This document shows positions 39,331-53,100 of a stretch of 64,000 nucleotides of DNA, piece by piece. Under the pieces are notes generated by a model. The model ran no database searches, was not told where the DNA came from, and saw only the letters and a list, made by a program, of their open reading frames with translations. Made by a program: the position numbers and the translations under genes. The stretch lies in contig OZ193909.1 of NCBI GenBank assembly GCA_964276515.1, forward strand, positions 682,001 through 746,000. Reading direction: 5' to 3'. Positions within the stretch are counted from its first letter, which is position 1. Every line of letters begins with the position of its first letter. This DNA comes from Gordius albopunctatus (lineage: Eukaryota).

Positions 39331-42300
39331 TAAAATCGGTACTATTATTTTGAGTTATCTTGCATATTTTTCTGCAGTGTTCACCATTTTTCAAACAGAT
39401 AAAGTGTATTTACTTTACTCATTAGTTACTAAATAAAAAAAGAATGTTAATAATTGAATGAGCGTAAATTTCAAGAAAAAATCTTTAATATTTGACATAC
39501 ATATTGCAAAAACTATTTCGAAATGTCCAAAATCCAACACTGTTTCCGTTTTAAAGAGATGCGATTGTTTTATGAGAAGCTCATTAGAAACAATTTTTCA
39601 TTTAAATTTTAACACTTCCTCCTAAGTCTAAACCGCATTACCCAAGGAAGTCGTCGGTTTGGGTATACGTCCATCTGCTTCTATCTCATCGGCTGCTTTC
39701 CTATCCTCTTTTAAATTCGTCCATAACTTAATCTACAGGCTTACAAAAGTAATAGCCCATCCATTGGGTTGCTTTAGATGTCTGGTCCGTCATCGTCAAT
39801 ACAAGGACCCCATTTCCTCTATCCTCAAGACAAAAAGATTAGGATTGTGCAATCTTATCGCGCGCTCCGTTGATTAGCTATTATCTAGCTGCGAGCCCGC
39901 AATCACTTTAACTGAAAATTTTTGGTTTTTGATATGGATATGATCATGTGTCTAGAACCCTAGTTTATTTTTCGGATTGATTTTGGAAGATCCGAAGCTC
40001 TCATACTTCAGTGCCCTTAGACTAAGAATAACTTACTCCAAACCTTTCCCCTGTCACAATTGTTGAAAATTTTAGCAAATTTTTGAGTTAAGGGGGGCAG
40101 CTGCCCCTTCCTGCCCCCTACCCCTTATCTACGCCCATGGCAGTTTAAATCGCTGTGATTTTATTCTTTTATAATATAATCTGAAAATTAAAAATTTTTG
40201 ATCTTGAGACAAACAAGTTAAACTAATTTATTCGAAATAAAATTTAATATTGAAGAAATTGAAATTAGGACATTATATAAACGTACAATGAAGATTTAAG
40301 CGATGGAAAAAATCTAGTCAAATTTATTATGGCCCAAAATTGTTTATAAGCGAATTTTTCTTTTTTCAAGGAAAATTAATTTGATAAAATTTTGGGCTTG
40401 CCCGAATCTCATTAGCGTGCCCGCCCGGGCCCGCCCGAAAATTAAAATTTAATCTCTGATACTTATGTTACATCGAACATTTGCCAACATTGTACATACT
40501 TAAGGTGTGTCTGACACCTTTTTCATCAGAACAATACTTTGCTCTAACTTCTATTAATTGAAGTCACTATGTGTATTTACACTTATCAAACTAGCAATTC
40601 AAAATCGCCAGCATAAATTTTTTTATATAATTTACAATAATTCTAAATTTCTGATAAATAAGGTGATTATTTTAACTTAGGTTGAATAAAAAACAAAATA
40701 GACATTACCTGTTTAAATTTCCACAAAATCCTTTCCGCTAAATAAAAAATCAAGTGTATAATAACAAAATTCCAAATCCATAACCATTTTATGGTGCGAA
40801 AGTAAGATGAGTTTAAGGAAAAAAGATTTTTTAAACTTGTTACTTAACTATAATTTAGAGAAAATTGTAATTTTAATTTAGCTTTAATATGCCTTGGTGT
40901 TTTGAATTATATGTAATTTCAGCCATACACTTAATATTCTTTGCCAAAATGCTCAAAAATATTCATTTTTAACAAAAGATTATATCTCGCATCACAAGAA
41001 AAACTCTTAAGATCACACACCTTGAAACTCCTAAGCCAAATTTCTATAAACTTCCTTAAAAATTTTAAGAGGCTTAATAAGATTTCTTAAGTAAAAAAGT
41101 AATACCTCTAATTTGAAGCAACAATATTTTGTGAGCAAAATTAATAGGCTTAATCAATAAATAATGAAACAACGCCTACCATATCATCACCATTAAGTGA
41201 CAGCCTTTCATTTCAAATTAAAAAAAAATTTCCTAGTTCAATTTCAAAACATTTTTACTCTTAAGTTACTACTATTAATGATTCTTAATACATTTTTAAG
41301 CTATCAATGGCTCTCTTTCAATCATATTAAAAACATGTCCTATCGTAAAGTATTCCTTCATAGGCGTAGCCAGCGTTGGGATTAGAGGGGGGAGCAATAA
41401 TGATTTAGGGAAGGGCAAAATGATAATTTTTTGAAATTTTAGCCATTATTTTAATAAGTTTTAACAAATTTTTGGATTTATAGGGGGACAACTGCCCCCC
41501 CCCCCCTCCCACTTGGCTACTCCCATATTTTCATCAACAGCCTCGTTATTCTTATAAATTACCCATTCCACATAATTATGATCTATGTTATAAACCTTGC
41601 CCTTTTATAATTTATTTTTCCGGGTAATATGTTGTTTATTTGAACGTAAGAACATATTATAAAAACGAAGTGTGAACATTCGAGGAATATAAAAGCGGGT
41701 GTAAAACTAAATAAAAATATTATGATTCAAAAATGTCGCATGTGTCATCTTGTAAAAGTGGCCAACTGTCGGCCAGGGATTTAAAATTGTACTTTGCTAT
41801 AAAAATACCAATTTTTTTAAGTAAAATACTTATGCATGTTTTGTATGCATCTGAAGCTAAAGAGTATTGTATCCTCCCTCAGTAGTTCAAACTGCTACTA
41901 CATTCTATATTCTTAAACATCGCCGTAGCCAGGGGGTAGTGGCCGCCCCCCTCTAAATGACAAAAAAAAATGAAATACAAAAGCCCTCAAAAATAAAAAT
42001 ATTTATGTTTTGCCCCCCCCCCGCTAATTTAAAATCTGGCTACGTTCATGATGCTCGGGATCTTTCAAGACGGATTCAGATACGGAATGATCACCCTAGT
42101 CTAAAGGATTTCAGGGAGAGTATGTGTTTCTCATATCGTGGGGGTGGGCGGCTGCCCCCCTCTTAATTCAAAAATTCTTTAAAATTTATTTAAATTATGG
42201 CTAAAATTTCAAAAATCAAATCATTATTGCCCCCCCCACTCAAATTCCAATGCTAGCCGTGCCCGTGTCTTTAATACTTCATCTAATAAACATCACAGAT

Positions 42301-43214
42301 ATTAATTAATGCGACCTTACTTCTATAAGCAACTTATTAGAAAATTTGTAATAATTTTTTTCTAATAAATAGCATTTATTTTTATTAGATTTCTAATTTA
42401 CTAGATCTCACGGAGTTACCTAAATTTATGGGCATTCTAACGCTTTTTACCTAATAAATAAAAAGTACCTTCGATATTCATTCAGTTTTCACAAAAATCA
42501 ATATTTATAAATATAATATAATTACTACGCTAAGCTTACTTTTAGGAATTAATAAAAAATAACCCAACCAAATTGGTTTAACTAAGTTAGTACAAGCTCC
42601 CTAAAACTTTTTGCTAACAAAATACTTAATTGCATTTTTTGCCCAAATCAAATCTTTTTCAAAGAAATCGATCATAAAGAGTACAATTAATGAAATTGTT
42701 TACTACTAATCCGATCAAGATTATACAATGTTGAATGAGCCATTGCTTAAGATGTGGACTACCTCCCAGAATCAACGATATTTGACAGGGTTCAGTGATT
42801 AAAATATAGATTTAGGAATCGATCAAAATAAGTTAACAGATTAATCATCATTCAATTCATAAACGCTCTCAAATATCTTACTCAAAATGATAAATAAATA
42901 ATACTTACTGAGAAGTACTTCTTTAGGCTCAGAAAATATCAATCAAAATCAAATTAAGTAGTAAAAAAATATAATAATCTTTTAAGTTGTTAGATAAAAA
43001 TGCAATTTCTTATAAATTTCAATTTGGTAATATTTAGAATATTTTGTAAACAAAGGCAATATATTCACTAATCAATTTTTTTATTAGATTTCTAATTTAC
43101 TAGATCTCACGGAGTGACCTAAATTTATGGGCATCCTAACGCTTTTTACCTAATAAATAAAAAGTACCTTCGATATTCATTAAGTAAGCTTTCACAAAAA
43201 TCAATATTTAGAAA

Positions 43215-46001
43215 CAGTCTTGTTAACGCTCCTTTTTAAAAGTAGCGATTCCCGCTCCCGCTCCTACCTTCTCAAAAGGAGCGGACTTCCGCTCCCACTA
43301 CTACATATTAAAAGGAGCGGTCCCGCTCCAACTAATGGAGCGGCGCTCCATAGCCGCTCCTTTGATTTTCATTTTTTTAGTAGGTACACGAAACAAAATC
43401 ATATTTTTTTTATCAAAACGTTTTATTTACATTATATGATATATCAAAATATTTATAATATTTTATTAGCTTTTAAAAGTAATAAATTTTCTAAATGAGA
43501 ATCTGACAAACATCCACGTCTCTCCCCCAAGACCTGTTTTGCGATACTAAATAGGCGCTCCACAGGAGCACTAGAGGGAAGCGCGGTATTGTATTTAATA
43601 TAAATATTTTTTAATTCATGGAATTGTTAAAAAATAGTAATTTTGCTATCATTAGCTAAAAAATATCTATCCAATATATTATTTTCATGGTAATCGATTT
43701 CATGGAATCCAAAGAAATCTTCCAAATAATTGCAAGGTTCCCGTGAACTAGTTGTAGCTATTTTTCCGTCGGGTATTTGTTTCCTTAGAAAATTAATTAA
43801 TCTGATTTTTTGTTCCATATTTTTTGGATCTTTTATCCATTCCCAATTGAATTTAAATGCAGGATGGACAATCGCTGCAATTATATTATCATCATTATAA
43901 ATATTTGGAAATCTGCAATAAAGTTATTATAGATATAATTTATGTTATTATAAACCTTTTATTAATACCGCTGATGAGAGACTTTACAAGAGGTTAGCAA
44001 AACTCTAAATCTGATAATTCATTTAATTTTGAAATGAGTTTAAAAATGGTAGGGCTTAGGAAACCCATGTCCATATGAAGCTCCCCTTCAAGGATTTTCA
44101 GAGATTTTTTAATAGGTTCCATAACCTAAAATTTATTTATATCACTAAGATAACGATTATATTTGAATATTTACTTGACTATACTCTTTAATAAATTTAC
44201 GTTCTTGGGAGTTAAAAGGCATAAGCCCAAGGTTATCACACAACTCATCAAGGTCCTTTTGTTTTTCATCTAACATTTTATCTAGCAAAACCATAGACTC
44301 ATAATACGAATTCCACCTAGTGGAATTTGGGCATATTAGATACCTACCCAACTTTCTGATAATTTCGTCCGCCACATTTGTAGACATATTTTGTTTATTC
44401 CACAAAGATTGACACTTTTGGAATAAACTTTGAGATACTATTTTAAAGCTTCTATCCTCTAAAGCTTTCTCTGCATCAACTGTTGCCACCAAATTAAGAC
44501 TGTGACAAGCACATCTTGAATGTTAAGGGAGACAATCAAAGCTTTCTGCCCTATTATTTAGGATATCATCAATATCCACAAATTGGAAATCAACATCAAT
44601 CTCATAAATTTTATCTTCAAACATTCTAAAAAATAAAAGGAAAGTTATAATTTTAAAATAAATATTTGAGATTACCTGAATGCCTTCACAAAGTTCCTAC
44701 CATTATCAGTAATGGTTCTTATCACTTTGTTCTGAATTTTAAAGGCTTTATGTATATCAATTATCATCTTAGCCAAAACATCAAAAGTATGCTTGCCCTG
44801 AACACGTCTTAGGGCTAAAGCTGCTGATTTTCTTTGCAATGATTTTGTGTCAATCCAATGAGCAGTTACACCCAAAAAAGACCTTTATAAGTTAAATTAA
44901 TCAAGAACATTTAAAAATATAGGAACTACCTTCTAAATCCACTCCAGCAATCAGCTGTGGTACACACATAAGATACTACAGAAAGCATTTCTATAATATC
45001 ATCCATCATTTTATCATAACGCAAACCTATCTTTGCTATTAGTGTTTGGCGGCACATTACCTTTGCTGAAGGGGAAAACGTTTGTATTGTTTTGACAAAG
45101 CTAGGATTATCTACAGTTCATAAAGGAACCAGTGTCTCAATGACATAATCAATGATCGCATTATCTCCTTCAGTTTTTGTAGGTTCATATGTTTTTTGAC
45201 CAAAATTTAATATTGACTGTTTTTTCCCAGAAGAGGAAGACTTATTATAACTATTGATATGATTTTCAATTTTTGAATATTGATTATCATGTACTTTCTA
45301 AATGTAAATTAAATTTATAAGCTCAACTAATTTATGTAATGAATTGCCCAAATATAATTAAAAATATTTTAAAAAAATATTATAAAATAAAGAAATATTG
45401 ATTTTACCTTCAGGTGTTTTTTTAAATTAAAGCTGCTGATTTTAGAGAAAGAAATAATTTTGTTATTAATGCACAATAGGCATTTCGCCTTTAATCTGAC
45501 TTTATCATCTGTAGTATCAATCAGCTTGAAATATTTTTTAAATGGTGGAAATGGAAATTCCACTTGGGTTTCTTCTTCATCTTCTATAATCTCTATCTCT
45601 AGATCCATAATAAAACTATTTTTTATTATATATCTATAAAATGAATATTAAATTAATATGACTTACAGTTTTTTAAAAAAATTTCAATATAAAAAAGGAA
45701 AAACAGATGTATAATGTTTCAAATGATTAGATGAAAAATCAAAATAAAACTCGGCTCAACATTTAATAATGAATAAATTAAATTTAAATAAAATTATATT
45801 TTCATTAAATTTTAATTAACAAACATTTTTAATATTTAAAAAATAATAGAATTTATATATTAAATTTAAAGGAGCGGAGAATCGGCGCTCCTCCCATAAG
45901 CCCTCAAAGGAGCGATTCACGCTCCCGCTCCTCATTTTTAAAAAGGAGTGGCGCTCCAGCTTTTTTTAAAAAAAATGTAGCGCCGCTCCTTAACAAGACT
46001 G
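43215..46001 (-). mobile_element. Full-length hAT DNA transposon
   Basis: 12-bp TIR cagtcttgttaa; perfect 8-bp TSD tttagaaa (43207-43214, 46002-46009); multiple subterminal ggagcg/cgctcc motifs at both ends. Confidence 0.93.
43453..45608 (-). pseudogene. hAT transposase pseudogene (BED finger, DDE, dimerisation domain), 6 exons
   Basis: KAKCLLC...NLKKHLKKVH, TTADCW, GVTAHWI, TITDNGRNFVKAF, RCACHSLNL, TRWNS, NTALPSSAPVERLFS; four in-frame stops. Confidence 0.88.
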
Positions 46002-46092
46002 TTTAGAAATATAGTAATTACTACGCTACGCTTATCTTAGGAATTAATAAGAAATAACCCAACGAAATTGGTCTAACTAAGCTACTACATGC

Positions 46093-46904
46093 TAGTCGCT
46101 AATGTTGTAAAAAACCAAGGTTTTAGATTGGTCGCCTGCAATGGTTATCGTTTTTTCCACCCAAACCCTTTCAGTGTTAGGTGAATTATTTTGGACGACC
46201 TTTTGCTTTGGTTTTGGTCCTTTTTGGGTTTTATCATTTTTAATTTAAAAAAATAAAATAAATTAAGAACTTTGCCCCCCCCCCCTTATTTTTTACCCCG
46301 TATTTGCTCAACTGACGTAACGCTCAAGGAATCTAAAATTTGCAAAGAATGCTTATAACTAATTAATTTTATATTGAATCATGTTAAAAACGCTTTAAAA
46401 GGTTGCAAAAACATATATTAAGCATATAATATATGAAGATTAACTTTTTTATTGCTGCATATATATTTTCTTTCATATTAAGCATATAATATATGAAGTT
46501 CAAATTTTTTATTATTTTCTTTCATAGGTTAGAGTAAATGCTTTATAATAAGTTAATATGCATTTACAATACTTTATATTGTTATATATAATACATATAC
46601 TTATATAATAATGTTTAAATTACAATTTTTGTGCATTAGATTACTTGTGCATTAGACCGGTTGAGTATAAATCACTCTGGGTGAGAAAGAGTGTAAAAAA
46701 TAAGGGGCCGGCGTTCAGTGAATTAGAGGCTAAAAAATAAGGGGGTGGGGGCAAAGTTCTTAATTTATTTCATTTTTTTAAATTAAAAATGATAAAACCC
46801 AAAAGGACCAAAACCAAAGCAAAAGGTCGTCCAAAATAATATACACCAATTACCAAGCTTAACAACACGCTGGGAACAAGCAGCCAGTCGTTTTTACAAC
46901 GCTA
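46093..46904. mobile_element. Nested non-autonomous elements: hAT MITE > about 110-bp-TIR foldback (46180-46847) > MITE (46300-46673)
   Basis: TSD ctacatgc/gtacatgc; ends tgttgtaaaa / ttttacaacgcta; inner inverted arms attattttggacgacc...ccccttatttt / aaaataagggg...ggtcgtccaaaataat. Confidence 0.7.
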
Positions 46905-47854
46905 GTACATGCTTTCTAAAACATTTTACTAACAAAATTTTCTAAAAAATCGATCATAAAAAGTATAGCAATTAATAAAATCTTTACTAATAATCGGATC
47001 AAGGTTATACAATTTGAACGTGATTCCTGAAGGCATTGCTTCACTCAGACAAATTACCGAGATTTGACAAAGTTCTGTGATTAAAATATTGATTTTAGGA
47101 ATCAATCAAATTAAGTTAACCGATTAATCGCCATTGAATTTATAAATTCTCTCAACTATCTTACTCATAAATCACATATTTATAAATTAATTCATGTCTA
47201 AATATTTACCGAGAAGAATTTCTTTAGGCTTTGGATGTATTAATTTCAGGCGCGCAGCCAGGATTTTCTCCCGGGGGGGGGGGATTCCCAAAATATTTTT
47301 CAACATTTTTATTTCAACATCTAATAAATGATAAAATCTGGTATAAAACATAAAGAAAAAGTCATTATAAATAATTAACTTGGTCAGTTACGTTGCACAA
47401 CTATAAAATATAAACTTTAGATCTACAATAATTTATGTTTCCATAAAAAATCGGAGGGAGGGAGGAATTTAGACTTGCATTAATAATAAAATATTTCTTA
47501 ACTTTTGCACTTTTTAACCTTTGATGCTGTAAAACAAGGTTTTTATAGCGATTAAGTGTGACAGTATATAGGATGTTTTATATACAAAACATGCATAAAC
47601 GATCACTTATGACGGCTAAACTTTTTGGCCCATATGGGGATAACCACTAGAAGGTCCAAAATTTAAATTATTCAATGTTTTATTAAATAAGAGGAGTAAT
47701 TTTAAAGAAAACATCTATTAGTCCCCTCCCCCCCGGATGATTAAAATCCTGGTTACGCCCCAAAATATTACCCTCACCCCCACACCTAATAATTTCTATG
47801 ATTTTTAACACATTTACATATTCCCATGTAAAGATTTGTAAAGCATTGTCATTA

Positions 47855-48424
47855 ATGAGGTCAACACTATGGAGTTATTTTGTTGTGTCAGCAGATGAAA
47901 AATTTGTAATCTGTGAATTATGCAAAGCTAAAATAAGTCGTGGGGGCAAAAACAAACATTCCTTTAATACTTCAAATTTAAGGAAACATTTAAAAGGTAG
48001 ACATCCAATCGAATTTCGCAGTGTTCTTAAAAATGAAAGTGATATTAATACAAAAAAGATTAATTTGGATAAACAAAAACCAGCTTCTGGTATTCAATCT
48101 ACATTAAAAGAAGTGATTGAGCTTAATAAAATGTGGGATAGTACACATGATAAAGCAGAGAGTATTACTCAATTAATTGCTGAAATGATGATAAAGCAGA
48201 GAGTATTACTCAATTAATTGCTGAAATGATTGCATTGGACTCACAACCCTTTTCCTACCAAAATTTGGATGTGACTTAATTTATAATATTTAATTTGCAT
48301 ATATTTTTTAGTATAAAATTTTTTTTTATTATAAGTATCGGCATGGTATCCGTATCGGCAAAAAAATCTTAAGTATCGGCTGGTATCGGTATCGGCATAA
48401 AATAGTGGTATCGGTGAATCTCTA
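47855..48424 (+). pseudogene. Internally deleted hAT (ZBED4-like BED finger fragment plus right terminus)
   Basis: LWSYF...CELC...NTSNLRKHLKGRH BED finger, MIALDSQPF, then repeated gtatcgg motifs and terminus gtatcggtgaatctcta. Confidence 0.75.
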
Positions 48425-50117
48425 TAAAAAAGTATTCTTTCATTAAATCATTGATTGATACAATCTCCAGGGTGTAGCCAAGGAGGGGGGGGGGCAGGGG
48501 GGCGGCGGCTACCCTCCTCAAATTTAATATATTTATGGCTTAGATTTCAAAAAATTATCATTTTGCTCGTCCCTAAAGCATTATTGCCCCCCCCCCAAGT
48601 TCCAATCTTGGTTACACCCATTGTATAATCTCTTATCGGATTCAAACGCTTCCAGATTATTGATGTGGCACCACATAACAAAAGGACTATACACTAATAC
48701 ACACTGATAAAATGAGGGAATCACACGAGGTTTGTTAACGGTATATATATAACCATAATATAATAACTAGTGTTGTAAAAATGGATGGATTTTATTTGGT
48801 CGAACTTTAGTTTAACTTAGACTAACGCTCAAATCTGGTCTCTTTTTCAAATTTCGACTAAGCCTGGAGGTCCACTCTGAAAATCAGACCCAAACTCTTT
48901 TGTCTGTTTATGTTTAGTAAACTAACACCAAAGATGTCGATTTCCCAATTCAAAAAACAAAATTCTTGAAATCTTAATTTAAGATTCAAAACTCCTTTAG
49001 TTTTCTTGGAAAAGAAGCAAAAAATTAAGCTAATGGCCGTCTACATCAACGCGATGAGGTGTTATGGTTAATGTAGGATAGATACTGCAGGATAATCTCA
49101 TGATGATCATCTTAATCTCTCTTTGTGAATCACGTTTTAAAGCATATCAAGCAATTAATTTAGATTTGGGAGAGAAGATAGGATAACCATGGAGAATATC
49201 ACGATATTCCCTTTTGGGTAATCTATATATTGGTCTTTGACTTTTAATTGCTATGCATCCCTTATTTTTTAATAGTTTTTTTATGGTTAAATCGTTTATT
49301 CATTACCTAATCTTGAGGTCAAAAAAAGAGTGAAATATTTGGATGGCATTCCCTTAGGGACAGCGGCTTTTATATGAGTGTTTTTCGTTTATAAAATTCG
49401 AAGAAATTTAAAGCTGAGATGATAGAAAAATAATAAGAGCCTTTTAGGTCTTGACTGATTAAAAAATAATTATTTAAGATTTTTCTGGAAATTGATAAGC
49501 AATAAAAAGTACTTTTTCAATTTTATTTATATAGTCGATAACAATTAATATATTTTTTTTGCAAATCATGACAGTTCTTTAAAAAATACTTATCTTAAAA
49601 TCTCTTCAATCAAAATATGCAACATTAAAATAATCAATATGTCTAAATGATTGCATGATTGCCAATTCATTGTCATTTATGTCCATATAATTATCTATTT
49701 TTTTAAATACAAATCTACCATTTTAAGAATTAAGATTATTCTCAGGGGATGATCAAAAGCCCTGAGTCTCCTCAACCATCAATTTGTCGCTTTGCTTAAC
49801 GTTTAAGTTAATTAAAATTATTAATATGATTGCCCCGAGCAAAATTCAATCACATTTACATTAATTATTTAAAATATTCCCCAAATACTACTAATACTAA
49901 TAATGTTTTTTCTTGGAATCTTTATATTATGTTTGCACGGGCGTGCATCGTTTAATCTTGGCGCCCTTTTTATTGCGGATCCTAAAATCTCGCGCGTTTT
50001 TCCAATAAAATCTTCATAACCCTTTTCCCCCTCCCTCTCTCTTTTACGGATTATTATTTTCAAATTGAAGTTATCGAATAGAGAAAAAATAAAGTTGGAG
50101 GGAAATATAAAATAAAA

Positions 50118-53100
50118 ATGGATTTTATGAATTCTACGTCACAGCCCATTATTTCAGAAGATCTAACTTATTCCATCAAGCACCCCTTATCAATAACTGT
50201 GCTTTACTGCTTAGCCTATGGTCTTATATTTATTTTGGGTCTTTTAGGCAATTCTTTGGTCATAGCAGTTGTTATAAAAAACCCCAAAATGCAAAATCCT
50301 ACAAATATCTTTATAGCTAATTTAGCTTGTGCCGATCTTCTAGTCATTCTAGTGTGTGTACCGGCCACACTTTTAGTCAACATTTTAAATGGTGAGTTAA
50401 ATTACATTTTATAATTTTGTTTTATAATTATTTCTATATTAAATTTGCATTAAATATTTGCTGTAATAGTGGAATCTTATAAAAACGAAATTATTATCAA
50501 AGTTAATTATATTAAACCCGACGACAGGTATACCAGTGTAACCTGTAGGTGACGCAACTTTAGAAACCACTTTTCTAAAAAACTACTAAAGATAAAAACA
50601 TTTTTTAAATTTATTTTGAAATATTGGATTGAGATAAATTATCCGATATAATTTAATTACTTCTTCTTCATTGGTTCTTCAATAAAACTTATTGAAAAAT
50701 GGTAAAAATTCCAATTCTGACCAGCCTTCTTTCATTCAATATTTATGTTCACTGAAAAATAAATTTCTGCAACTTAATTTAGATATTTAAAATCTGTATA
50801 ATTTTGCCAAGATTTTTATAGTAGCAATTTTAAATTCATAAGAGTATCTTACTTAAAAATTTGCCTTAAAGTTGAACGTTCCCTACAGGTTACACTGGGG
50901 AGAGCTTACGTGCCCATCGTTACCCTTTAAATATAAATTTTACTTTTAATTTAGTGTAAAATAAGACAAATAAATAAATTTTGGACAAAAACAAAGTTAT
51001 GGACAATAAAAATCCGTTAAAAATGGCTTTTTATCTCCAAGAAACCCTTCAAACAACTAAATATGGCATTCAATAAAAATAATGGAATACATTAGGCAAG
51101 AATAGGACTTTCTTTAAACCTTGACCTTATTATTAAGTGATTGTGAATTTTATGATTAGTTAATGGCTATTCCAATCATTTATTTACCTATTTTTAATTA
51201 ATTTTCATTTTGGCAAATTTGAAATATACAAATATTTTTAATCCACTTACATTAATTATATTGCTATTAAGACTAGCAGCCTAGCCTCACCCCCCTCCTA
51301 CTATCAATTTTTCCATATTAATAATGTGTTTAAGATTTAAACCTTTTTCCTAGCTACACCCATCCCATGTTTCTTTGACCTATTATCGTTGATTAAAAAT
51401 AAGACATTGTGTCATGAATTCTTTGAAAATATTCATCAAATTTCCAAGACATTCAGTATTAGATAAATCAATAATTTAAAATAATATTATTTGCCGATCA
51501 CATAATTAATTCATAAAAAAGATAAGTTTGTAGACATGGTAAAGAAGAAAAGGGGAGAAGCGAAGTTTGTATTATAATAAGAAAAAATTTATGATTTAGC
51601 TTTTTAAAGATTTGCAGCTAATAAGGGGGGGGGGCAAAGGGGGTTCTGATACACCCTTCTTTGTATCGTGTTTAATAAATATTAATGAACGTCGTATTAA
51701 TACATACTGCTTTTGTTCCCCTCGTCGCCACATTCCTTTATCATAGACACACTGGCGCACCACGTCGAGCGGACAATGGCGTGGACATTGCATCCATCTT
51801 TAATTATACAAAGATCGTCTCGATAGGCATTGGCGTAGTCCCCCTCTACATATGAAAATCCTTAAAAATTTAATATAATCTTGGCGGAAATTTTAAAACA
51901 TTATTATTTTGCAGCTCCCTAAAGCATTATTGCCGCCCCCCCTCTAGTTCCAATCCTGGATACGTCCATGTATACTGGCGATTTAAAACTTGTTGATAAA
52001 AGTGAAAAATCAAAAAATGGAGCAAGGTACGTGGGGCTGCTGCATGTAATTAGTATTCTAATATTTTTATGCAGTAATAAGCCCTTTTCCAGACTTTCAC
52101 GTAGAATATAGGAGATGCATTTTAGAGCACATATTGTGCCTAAATGACATTAAATGGTAAATGGGGCATTGTGTCCACTTAAACCCCCCGCCCGGTTTGT
52201 TAAGACGCTTCGTTGAACCTCTAAAAATAATTTAGCTTAAACTTTGTGTAAAATTATCTTAAACATAAGCATAATGTAGGTAGGACAAGAGATTTGTGTA
52301 GAAATATTTTAATAATTGGACGGACTGGACATCTGAAAGCGAGCCCATAAATTGCATAGAAATTAAAACTCTTAAAATTGTTGCAGGAGTTTAGATTATT
52401 TACGAAGAAGAGACCGTGCCTTTACTCGATTTTAAAAATAATCAGAAAACCGAGTGATTTTTTTTATTTTTGTCTTGATTTTGGAAAGTAGATGAAAATA
52501 TTTAAAAATTTAAGATTTGTAATGTTAAACATGCCAAACTTTGTAAAAATATTGCCCCTGAACCTCATACTCATTTATTACTTGTTTTCGCATCGTTTCT
52601 ACAATATATAATCTATTCATAGTGTAAATAAGATAAGTCTATAATCATTAAAAACCCGCATAGTTTCCACGACAATTATTAAAAAATTACAAGTTGGAAA
52701 AGACAATATGGACGACCGACAACCAAAAGCGAACCGTTACATTGCATAGCAATTAATAAGAATTCAAACATTGATATTGTATTAAAAATAGTTTAAAGTT
52801 TAAAAGCATTTTATATGTACTTTTCGTTCGTTTTATGCCCTTGTGTTGAATTGTGTTTTCGCAATTGATGCAAAAATACAATAGCTATTTAACAATTTCC
52901 ACTTAATATTAGTCAAAGCACTTTAGCTTATTATAAATAGAAACTAAATGCTATAATTATCTTTGTTTTATAGTCCATTTCACTGTTTACTCTAGATGTT
53001 TTTTAAAGACAAAAATCATTTTACAATGAATAATTGTTTATTATCTTGATAAAATAAAATGTTTGAATAATCTGCTACTACATCATATAATTTTTTATCA

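Larger units (their letters stand above)
42379..47230. repeat. Local direct duplication (about 550-700-bp unit); second copy split by two insertions
   Basis: Copy 1 at about 42379-42930; copy 2 at 43076-43214, 46010-46092 and 46913-47230. Confidence 0.8.

Noticed and set aside
43453..45608. Alternative genetic code (TAA read as Gln) to explain in-frame stops
   Set aside because: A TGA stop also occurs, and host genes and the P transposase terminate at TAA normally.
48335..48420. Short spaced gtatcgg repeats superficially like a CRISPR array
   Set aside because: Repeats are 7 bp with irregular tiny spacers next to a hAT terminus; these are subterminal transposase sites, and the genome is eukaryotic.
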